This document shows, piece by piece, positions 14,492 through 25,418 of a DNA stretch of 64,000 bases. Made by a program: the position numbers and the translations under genes. Under the pieces are notes generated by a model. It did not search any database. It was not told the DNA's origin and saw nothing but the letters and a program-made list of their open reading frames with translations. Each line of letters starts with the position of its first letter. The first letter of the stretch is position 1. Origin of the DNA: Tubiluchus corallicola (taxonomy: Eukaryota > Animalia > Priapulida); NCBI GenBank assembly GCA_030141605.1, contig JAQGDQ010000911.1:17117-81116 (forward strand). The letters are read 5' to 3'.

Positions 14492-17400
14492 TTAAGGCTG
14501 TTGCAGATTGTACGTAAATCCTCCATACTGCATGCCAGTGTTGTAGTTGTCCGTAGATGGCCCACTAAAAAAGAAATAATATAAATGAGTATTTAATAAT
14601 TAATATATGCAACATCAAATGCTGACATGTCATTAGTGGATATGCGGCTATGTATGGCATAGAACCAGTAACATATTAACGAGAAATTTTCGTTATAAAC
14701 CTATTTATATGTTTGTATTTATATTTTATGTTAATATTTATATATTTTTATTTGTGTGCTAAAGTTACTGTATGCTACCACTTCAGTTTAAATGTTGGTT
14801 ATAGAACCTATTAATTGTTTGCATGCATTTCTTATAATTAGTAATTGCATTTGGTTTGCTTAAGTGGAATTTATGTCAATCAACAGTCAAACTTAAAAGG
14901 AGAAAATGTCTGAAAAATTATTGGGCGAACAAGATTCGAATGCAGATCCTAGTGGATTCAGACCACATGCTATAACCATTCGAGTTATTAACCTACATGT
15001 CCAAAACAGGTTTGAATTATCATACTAGTCAGCACGCAATCTGTCACAAACTAATTAATTAATTAACAAGCTACCATTGGGCTCTGTAGAGATCAAAAAC
15101 AAATAATTAACTTTACAGATTAGAATAAGTACTAATATGATTGTATTATAATTATAAAGAACAAGAACAAAAATCATCATCATCATCATCATCATACGCC
15201 CGTCACGTCTATTGTAGACATTGGGCAGGCAGAATTCTAAAATAAAACAAATCTGCCTTCAGACAGGTAAACGCAGCAGTAATCCAGCAATCTTCGCGGC
15301 AAGCGTGGCAATAAGCGAAATCTATAAAACTGTGTGGCCTCAGAGGTCTCGGGATCTCTACAGTCTACATGACCCCTTCTCTCCAGCGACATTCACTTTG
15401 AAAAGCAAAAGTGTAGGTCGAGCTAACACCAAGTGCAACCAAGAACAAATCTGTTAAAAATAATAAAATGCAATAAAGTGATTAAGGCACTTGGCAAGTA
15501 AGTTATTGTAGAAATACAAAAGCTCAAAATCACATTTGAAATCAAAATCTTCAAATTATTAATTTTATCACACAATATTACTCTGCAAAAAAGTTGGTTG
15601 CCATTTTGTTTTTTGCACATTTGACCTCTTTCCGCTAATTTTTCAAGCTGGCAACAGCTTTTTTCAGATGCAGTATTGTCAAATTGACAAAATTGCTCGG
15701 TTGCCCACTTCTATAAAAAAACGCCCCTAGAAGTTTATATGGAAACACTTTCTTGGAGTTTGGAAGCTTATACTAGACATTTCAAGATGTGGAACAACCG
15801 GATGTGGATGCTTTTATATCCAGTTTTTTCCCTCGGGTTTCTCACCTGTTGGACACTACTGAAAATGGTTTCCATGGAAACCACATAGCTACAACTTTAT
15901 TCAATTCAAGAATAACATCAACAGTTATTTTCTATCACCAGTAAATTAGTTATATAAATTCTATTGCTAAATACATGTATTAATATCATCACCTACTTCT
16001 ACAGCCCCTTAGCCTGAGAGGTTATTAGTTCCTTACTTTAGCTGAACGGACTGTGGCCTTATGGACCATAGGGTCTGGGCGATTTGTATAAAAGGTGTCA
16101 TCACTCACAAATATATTATATTCTTCTTGAAACACCCCTCTGATTAGTAAGCTTTCTGCATTTTAAACTAACCACAACTTTCTTTGTCTTCAACATCTTT
16201 TGCAACGTGAGCTCTGTGAGCACTCTGCTGCAGAAATGGGTGACATCGACGTATCATAAGAACAATGGTAACAAAGTTGAACAATGTCTGCTTTCATCAA
16301 CTTAGTTTTAGACGACTTTGCTATCAAAAATTGTGGTGATAACTAAGTTTTGTCCACATACATATAAAACCAACTCTATCTCTCTTCATATCTGTTATGT
16401 TTTGTTTCTCTCGGAAGGCTCGTAGGGAAAGCCAGAAAACACGTCGTCAAATTAAACTAGTTTTATTATGTGAGAATTCTACAACACAAAAGTATGAAGG
16501 AATGCAAAATGTGTACAGGCAAGTGATAATGTGGAAACGTGAAAGCGCGAATACGAGAGAATAAACTTGAGCGGGCAGCTCCGTCTTATATATCAGTGCA
16601 ATGAACAATCTAGAAACTACTACGCGCATCACGTATAGAAAGTTCTCAAAACTTCTGCAAGGTAAGAAGATTGTTCTACTATACTATAGAATATTCCAGA
16701 TCTCCACAATAATATCCGAATGTGTATCCGCAAATGTGTAACCTTAAATCCATTTTCAACCTATGTTTAGAGAAACAGCCCAAGCCTGTAGGTAATCAGA
16801 AGTTCCACTTTACGTGCATACCCAAAGATTAGCTGGTTTCAGTTAAATATGTGTTGAATTATAGATGTTACCTAAGTTCTTTATTTGGCTTTTTATGGGG
16901 TAAACGGTGATGTAAATATGCATGCTATTTGATAACTATTAAAGTGCTATTTATTCCACCAAATAGAGGCACTGCATATTTTCAGACTTTCCAATAATGA
17001 AAGGATTTCATATACTCGATTTATTGGCTGCATTTGTGACCAAGACTTTACGACGCCCTAGGCTCATAGTTTTGTCTGGCCGATCTCTATTGTGAACTTA
17101 TTATTATTTATGTAATGAGCAGATCAAACAATTACTTGTGGTGTATTAGAAACACTATTAACCTTGTTTCTACATGGTCATTATTAGTTACACATATTTG
17201 CATAGCGCTTATATTCAAATAGGCAGCACAACTGCTTGTTGTGTAATACCTTGCACCTGTTCCTTATGTAGCATTTATATAGAAGATGCGCTAAGTAACT
17301 GCCTGTTGTGTGTTATAAAATCTGCCCTTTATATGATTATGAAAGCATAAACATTTTCTGAGGAGAATAAGAATTTTTTCTAAAATGTGACGCCCCTCAC

Positions 17401-17813
17401 AATATGTAGTGTGGTGTTTTACGAGCAGCTGCTTAGAGTGTAGGCATTTACCTTGCTATGACATTCGGCTGTGCATTTACTTGTACGCCACCTGCTGGCA
17501 TTTGTTTCATCAGCTCTTCGCGTTTTGCTATGGCAGCAGGTAGTTTTTTCTCGTAGTCACTCTTCAAACACAAGGATAAGAGTATCAGGAAACATCCAAC
17601 TGCAGTTAATCCAAATCCCACATAGAGATAAGGAATGCTTAAAATGGGGGCTAATATACCGATAACAATGCCAACAATTGCAAGGGCTATTCCAAGTAGA
17701 AATGTCACGCTTAGACACGTTCTTATTTGATTAGGGGTGCCATTATAACCCCTCACGAAATGTCTTGTGTCCATCGGGTCATAATAGTTTCTCCGGCGAT
17801 GCCCCCCTTCCAT
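14492..17813 (-). CDS. Unrecognised two-TM membrane protein, copy A (144 aa); exons 17813-17452 and 14564-14492
   Basis: Two hydrophobic helices. Phase-2 intron GCA AG|gtaaat ... ttttag|T GGG. Exon 2 encodes SGPSTDNYNTGMQYGGFTYNLQQP*. Clear paralogue of the gene at 21424. Confidence 0.85.
16393..16711 (-). mobile_element. Solo LTR in the intron of gene A
   Basis: TGTT...CACAATA ends; 5-bp TSD ATATC; homologous to the solo LTR at 26256; TATA and AATAAA lie on the minus strand. Confidence 0.8.
17050..17400 (-). repeat. Interspersed repeat (copies at ~36880-37265 and ~58780-59365)
   Basis: Shared blocks GGGCGTCACATTTTAGAAAAA and AAGTAATTGTTT..CTGCTCATTACATAA. Confidence 0.7.
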
Positions 17814-19679
17814 TGTACGTGAGTGATCGTATCGATGGTGTTGGAATAATCAGTTAAACAAATTTGCTCAATTAAAAACACAATAGACCATTGAACGATA
17901 ACTCGGACTCTTGAGACTGTACACTCACACAGTACACATATTTACAGTACACACACAGTAGAAATGGCACAGTAGCCTTAAAAATTTTATCACTGCATTA
18001 TCACATCCAATCTTTGACTACCTGGTGACTACATTAGAGATCGGTTAAAAGATCACTCAATATGCATGCTTTGTTCTTGTACGTCTCGCTTAGCGTTACC
18101 AAGTTACGCGAACAGTCATTTGCTGTACTGTATCTATAGCAGGTATAACGACACTAAGCAGTTCAGGTGAAGGTAAAAAAACACGAAAATTGTTTTCAGT
18201 TGTACGAACGATACAGGAACTAACATAAGTGCTAAGGATCGCTCGCGGTTACGGACCTACAGAGAATCGGAAATCTTGTTTACAAAACAAAGGCCAAACT
18301 TGGCGTATCCATTCCTTATAACAAATAAAAATTTCAGATGCTAAAGACGCAGGGGCCAGTAATATTTTGTCTGTTTGCTAATGGATGGCACTACACGCTT
18401 TGCTCAAGATACACACATTAAAAACACCGTTATTACCAATAGGTAAGCAGAAATAAACCAATTTATAGTGACGCTGTAAATAAGCCTGTACAAATTAAAC
18501 ATCATTATCAATTACAATTGTAATACAATACAAGTTTATATTACCAGCAGGCAAGGGCTCCAAGTTTGACTACATTATTATTACGACATATCCGGAAAGG
18601 CATGTTTGGCGCCTCCCCGATCAAACCTCACGAGAAAAAATGCAGTATATATGTGGAATGTTTCCTCTTTGTGCTGGCAGGGATAATAATGCTATAAATG
18701 CTTTTGCAAATCATATCTCGGATGAATTCCTATCGTCTTTCGTATATAAACAGTCTGTTGGTGATGAAATTTTACAACTCTCGTCGTGTTTGCTATACGC
18801 TGTTTTGTTTTTAATTGTGATTATATGAATTTACATTAGAATTGATAATTATGTTTATTCTAATTGTACTCGCTGTTTTTCATTGTGTATAATGTGTGTA
18901 AATTTTTGTTACTAAGTATTAAAATATGTTCGTTATCTTTTATTATGTGTGTATGTAGTGTTGGATTATAATTTGTAACTATGTCTGTTGTATATGAACG
19001 TTGTCGTTCAATCTGTCTGATGTGTTAAATTCTAAATTATATATATATGTGAATAGGTTTAATACGTTGTAATTGCTTTTATAAATTTTAATCATATCCC
19101 TACAAATAGAGGGAATGTATTCTGTACATAGTTTTTAAAATTAAAGAATAATAATAATAATATTAATAATAATAATAATAATAATAAATAATAATAATAG
19201 TAAGAAGAAGAAAAATAAAAAAAATAATAATGTGTTGACAGTCATGGCGTAATCGTCACATCCTTATTGTAAATACTTAGCAAAGTCAATGGTGATTTAG
19301 TTTAAAAGCAAAATGTTATAGGTAAACACTTCACGTAGTATGAAGGATCACTCGTTGAACATTTAAAGTTTATGAATAGACCGAAATAAATCTACGTACC
19401 CATTTCTGTCAAAAAAATTCCACAAAATACTTTATTGTATAAAAAAACAACAAATTAACAATTTATTCGCTATTATTTTCGTTGCCAGATGGCAGCACCA
19501 AGCAACATTCAACAGATCCCGCAAAAGCTTTTCTATGTAAAAAGAGTTTCAGATATAATAAGCGCTGCAATACACTTGTCAAGATGGAGTAAACTTGCAG
19601 CAGGACCGATATCCATTTATTTCAAACCCTGAAAAACTATGGACATTGGACAACCCAGTGACGTCATTCATTGGGCACC

Positions 19680-19925
19680 ACAGAGAATAAAGAATGAATT
19701 TGCTGTGGTTTCCTATTGGGTCAAAGTGACTCCAATGCTTTCCCACAACAAATTGGACGTAGTGATAAAGCTTCGTGTTCGTGCGCTTCCTCCTGTCAAA
19801 CTGTACAGCATTTACAGATGCTCTGGCCTTATATAAATATACTGCGTTACAAACAATATGTAAAATTTACACAATCTACGAAATTTCTAGGCATTCAAAT
19901 TATACCTATGCAGTTCCGGAAAAAT
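19680..19925. repeat. Interspersed repeat or MITE fragment, inverted copy at ~35030-35270
   Basis: About 240 bp of near-identical reverse-complement match. Confidence 0.75.
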
Positions 19926-21423
19926 GTGAAATAAACGTAAAGTCCACTTACATAAAGCCTAACAAAATCCGTCTCGAAATTTTATATCACTTACATGCTG
20001 CCTTTTTTCATGCGGGCTTGCATCGGCAGTGACGCTGTATAAAACATGTAAATTTAAACTCCCGCAATGACCGTTAGACGCAGCCATTTTGATGATGTCA
20101 TTTGAAATACGTTTAGATAACATTCTGTAAAGTTTGAAAAAATAATCAGAGCATTCGTAGCACAAACGTCGCCAACTAAGTAAAGTTTAAAATTACTGTA
20201 TCTTGTCAATAAGATTAAAATACGTTTTTGGCTAGTGAGTGGGGCACCCTGGAGGGTGAGTGAACGACATTTTACCAATTGGCACAAACATTTTAAATTA
20301 TTATTTTTAGTTACATAAGTCTCTAAGTAATCTCATATGAAATGCTAAGTAATATGGATTTGCATTGAAAGTTTTTGGGACATAATTTAGCATTTCCTTT
20401 TGTTCCCCTGATCTACGTGGCGTAGGCGACGTCATGTAATGGCGGCTTTGGAACAGCATTGCGGGAAATTTAAATTGAAAACAAACAAAAATACCTTTCA
20501 ACGCGAGCACGATATACGCATAAAAATACTGTAAAGTGATATAATTTTTTATGGCGATTTTTCTGAAACCTACTTCAGGTGCCCCTTTTCTTGTCCTCTA
20601 ACTTCACTTACAGCATCTTTCTGTTAAAATTTAAACTGGAAGCGAGCCTCAGATGCTATTTGCCATTTGTCATAAAGTGTATAAAGTTGGAGCCCTTATC
20701 TATATAGAATGATATAAAGAAAAAAATATACATCAATACGCAGTGCTTGTAAAATATTGTCCACCCTATATTAGTACCCTATAGTCAGCACAACTACATA
20801 CCACAAGGGATCACTTGAAATTGTTAATAATGTAATAATAATTTGCAAATGTAGCTCAAACTGTACAGCTCTTCGTACTCTACTGGTATATATTAAACAG
20901 TGTTTTAATATCTGCGTATCTTAAGAAAAAGGCTTTGGCGCCATCCATTGACAAACAGAAAAAAACGTCATTGGCTTGTGCATTTTTAAAATGGGGAAAT
21001 TTTATTGATTACAAGGAATGGATGCGTCAAGTCTGACCTTTCTTTTGTAAACAAGATTTTCCGAGTCTCTTATGCATCTATCTGAGAAAGAGCCTCGTGC
21101 AGGTACAGCTGAAAACAAAATAAATAATACAATTTTTATTTTCACATGAATTTCGGTATGGTATGATAACGCTAGGCAAGGCATAGAAGAGCAAAGTCTG
21201 TCGATTGACATTTGACATTTTCACTTTGGATAGGCTTGTTAATTGCTACGTAATTTGACGTAGTAACGCAGTGATAACCTTTTGAGTGCACCTTGCCCTT
21301 TTCATAGAGTATACTGTTTACGTATTGTAAAACTGCGAGAGACTGAGAGTTTAGCTTCAATAGTCGATTGTGCTTTCAACAGTTTGTATTTCGACCCCGC
21401 TAATATACGATCGTCCACATACA

Positions 21424-22142
21424 ATGGGAGGAGGAGGGAGAGGAGGATATTACGACCCTACGGATGAAAGCCATTTCGTGAGGGGTTACAGTGGCACACC
21501 CAATCGTATAAGAGCTGGTCTAAGCTGCGTATTTATAATGGGAATAAGTTTTACAGTTATTGGAATTGTTCTTGGCATTTTAGCATTGGCACTAGACATT
21601 CCTTATTTATACTGGGGATTTGGATTATTTGCAACAGGATGTACATTTATATTCATATCCTTGTATGCGAAGAGGGATTACGAGAAAAAGTTACCAGCTG
21701 CCATTGCAAAACGCGAAGAGTTGATGAAGCAAGCGTCAGCAACTGGTGTGCAACCTTATACTGTACAAAGGTGAATATTTACACTCTATGCAGCTTAAAG
21801 AAAGTAAGATTTAACGTATTACTTAATAGCAAATATTGCAAGAAAAAAGACAAACCTTGAAATCAAATATGAAGAATTAAAAAGGACTAGAAAATCTAAA
21901 TACCTAAATGATTGATTAACTAATGTGGAAAAATTTGATGTTGTGTTAGAGGACTGTACAGATACTATCTGTTACCGCTCTCCACCTCCTAACGCCATCT
22001 ATCCACTAAAAATACAAACTCATACATGCATCCATTAATTATTTGATATTCATTTATTATATTTTTTAGTGTAACAGACAACTACAATGCCGCTATGCAG
22101 TACGGAGGATTCACATACAGTCAGCAGCAGTCGCCATTATGA
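21424..22142 (+). CDS. Unrecognised two-TM membrane protein, copy B (139 aa); exons 21424-21770 and 22070-22142
   Basis: ATG at 21424. Phase-2 intron CAA AG|gtgaat ... ttttag|T GTA. Exon 2 encodes SVTDNYNAAMQYGGFTYSQQQSPL*. Same intron position and 73-nt coding part of exon 2 as copy A. Confidence 0.85.
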
Positions 22143-22399
22143 ACAATGAAATTCATTTTTGTTCATGGAAAAGTGTTGTATTTTCTACTATTTTTGTGAT
22201 AAAATCACAAAAACGATAAAAATAACTAATATTGTCACTTGTCAGCGACATTAATTGTTACAGCTTTGATGTAAGAGATTTCAAATCTTTCTTAGCATTT
22301 AAAAATGTTTACGATTGTATCTTATTGTAATTACAGTGTACGCGGTGTAACTAGGATTTAGCGGAGATTATAAATTTCCGGCCGCCTATATATATATAT

Positions 22400-23056
22400 A
22401 TATAATAATCTTTATTTGCCATGAAAAATCGATATTCACAACTATAAAAGCATAAAAGAACATCGCAGCATGAGAATAAAATTCACACAACTGTTAAAGG
22501 CAAATGCGCCCAGTGCAAACTAAAAACTACTGGGCCAAAAATTTAAAACAAAATATACATTATAATATTACACGGAAATTATAATAGACTATATAGAATA
22601 TATACATATAATTTAAAATGGACGTGGGTAAATAGAATTTGTGGATGAATATATATTATCGTTTACGTATGTTGGGTTTTCAAAACGATTTAATGCACGT
22701 ATTTTTAATTTTGATTTGAATTCGTCAAAAAACTTGATTTGTTTTAAATTTGGTGGCAAGGTGTTCCAAAATTGAACTCCTTGTTTAGTGATAGAATTGT
22801 TGCCGTATTTGGTATTAGTGCGTGTTTGTTTAATATTGTGTGTTCTTGGATTTAATGTTGGCTCCAAGAGGAGTGGAAGCTTATTTTTGATGAAGGGCGT
22901 GTTAATATTGTTGATGTATTTATATAAAAACAGGATTGTGTAGAAGTCTTTATGTGGTTGTAAAATTGGGATTTTAAACATTGTTCTTAATTCTATTGCA
23001 GAGGTCCTGTCGTGAACAATATACAGGCAACATCTGCTTTTTGCCGAGCAAAGCAA
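22400..23056 (-). mobile_element. 3' end of a LINE (5'-truncated)
   Basis: ORF 22613-23056 has a LINE ORF2 C-terminal signature (TRTNTKYGNNSITKQGVQFWNTLP), followed by AATAAA and a simple-repeat tail. A related fragment lies at 63115-63378. Confidence 0.65.
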
Positions 23057-23804
23057 CGAGTGCAGTTAGTAATATTAGTCATTTTTTCTGTGCTGTAATT
23101 GTGATAGAATTATAATTAAAATATTGTATAGGTACTATATACTTGTACCATACATGTGACTTGTACATACAATAGTGTCTGTTAATTTGATTTTATCGAT
23201 GCGTGACATTTATGAAATAAAACTTTGTAATCATGACCTTTGCCTGTGCGGCTTCCTTATCTTTCGAAAACGCAAACCGATGATGTTGGAAGATATCCAC
23301 TTTTGTTGACATAACCGAAGATATCGAACACTGTTGCGCGATCAGTGACGTGTCGTGACGTCATCATCTTACTATGTCGTAACATCCTCCCTTCTTATCA
23401 AAAATTAAATTAATATTACTTCAACGCTACTTGGGCTAACCCATGTGCGTCCTACTTGGGCTAGCCCATGTACGCCAATTGACCTACTTCGGCTATTGGG
23501 TTACTCGGCGTCGGCGCCCAACATGCGTATTATTCATCTTTTATATAGCGACATTATTATAATCATCAGTAGAATACAAACATTCACAATTCACTCTGAA
23601 CTCACGTACAAATGTACGCGGATGGAGCTTCCATGTCTCACTTAAAAGGTCGACACCTTTTTGCACAATATTCTTAAAGTTCACTATTGATTTACTGAGA
23701 CAAACAATGTGTGTATTTCATTTTTTACAAAGTATTTCAAAAAATGCTTGATTGATTTCATTTTTATATAATGTATTTCAAAAGATAGATGACGGATCTA
23801 TTTC

Positions 23805-24892
23805 ACGTTTCTACATTGTATTTCAAAAGATAAACGATGGATTTCGTTTTTCTACAATGTATTTCAAAAGATAAATGATGGATTTCGTTTTTTTACAATG
23901 TATTTCAAAAGATAAATGATGGATTTCGTTTTTCTACAATGTATTTCAAAAGATAAATGATGGATTTCATTTTCATACAATGTATTTCAAAATATAAATG
24001 ATGGATTTCGTTTTCTACAATGTATTTCAAAAGATAAATGATGGATTTCGTTTTTCTACAATGTATTTCAAAAGATAAATGATGGATTTCGCTTTTCTTT
24101 AATGTATTTCAAAAGATAAATGATGGATTTCGTTTTTCTACAATGTATTTCAAAAGATAAACGATGGATTTCGTTTTTCTACAATGTATTTCAAAAGATA
24201 AACGATGGATTTCGTTTTTCTACAATGTATTTCAAAAGATAAATGATGGATTTCGTTTTTTTACAATGTATTTCAAAAGATAAATGATGGATTTCGTTTT
24301 TCTACAATGTATTTCAAAAGATAAATGATGGATTTCGTTTTCATACAATGTATTTCAAAAGATAAATGATGGATTTCGTTTTTCTACAATGTATTTCAAA
24401 AGATAAACGATGGATTTCGTTTTTCTACAATGTATTTCAAAAGATAAATGATGGATTTCGCTTTTCTTTAATGTATTTCAAAAGATAAATGATGGATTTC
24501 GTTTTTCTACAATGTATTTCAAAAGATAAACGATGGATTTCGTTTTTCTACAATGTATTTCAAAAGATAAACGATGGATTTCGTTTTTCTACAATGTATT
24601 TCAAAAGATAAATGATGGATTTCGTTTTTCTACAATGTATTTCAAAAGATAAACGATGGATTTCGTTTTTCTACAATGTATTTCAAAAGATAAATGATGG
24701 ATTTCGTTTTTCTACAATGTATTTCAAAAGATAAATGATGGATTTCGTTTTTCTACAATATATTTCAAAAGATAAACGATGGATTTCGTTTTTCTAAAAT
24801 GTATTTCAAAAGATAAGTGATGGATTTCGTTTTTCTACAATGTATTTCAAAAGATAAGTGATGGATTTCGTTTTTCTACAATATATTTCAAA
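23805..24892. repeat. 41-bp minisatellite, ~26 copies
   Basis: Unit TACAATGTATTTCAAAAGATAAATGATGGATTTCGTTTTTC. Confidence 0.95.
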
Positions 24893-25319
24893 ACACACAT
24901 GCGCACATATACAAGATTTGAGGCTACAGTTCCAACAACGGCACCATTTGCAGCAATCTATATATTAAATATGTATTTAGGTATATGTATGTGGGTTGAC
25001 TTGTCTTCTTGTTTAAAAGTCGGTTTGTAAGGATAACTTAAACAAACGAAACGACAAAAACATACTAGTAACATATTTTTGCAAAAAGTGATACACAATT
25101 TTATTAATATGACAAACGGATAAAAATCATTTAAACAACGTAATAAAGGCCCACGATTAATCTATGTGAACAATATAATGGAACAATACATGATTTTGTA
25201 AAGATATTTTTAACCAATAAGCTGCATAGAAGTAACCTGTATAGTACACGATCATTTATTACACATTTCAGAAATGTTTTTTCATTCCGGAAGTAAATGT
25301 AGACTTATGAGATGTTCTT

Positions 25320-25418
25320 TCATTCCGGAAGTAAATGTAGACTTATGAGATGTCGCATAGTTGGCCGTCCATGTGGGCAGTTCCACGGTTGTTCCATATC
25401 ACCCATATGAACCAAAAG
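25320..25418 (-). CDS. PMS2: PMS2 last coding exon
   Basis: [32 protein letters not shown]. Confidence 0.93.
   Translation of the reverse strand, partial: LLVHMGDMEQPWNCPHGRPTMRHLISLHLLPE

Noticed and set aside
14920-14995. Minus-strand tRNA-like sequence
   Set aside because: Degenerate boxes and poor stem pairing; at most an old SINE head.
22101-22115. YGGF in both orphan proteins resembles the enkephalin/opioid motif
   Set aside because: It reads YGGFT, has no flanking dibasic cleavage sites or signal peptide, and lies in a probable cytosolic tail.
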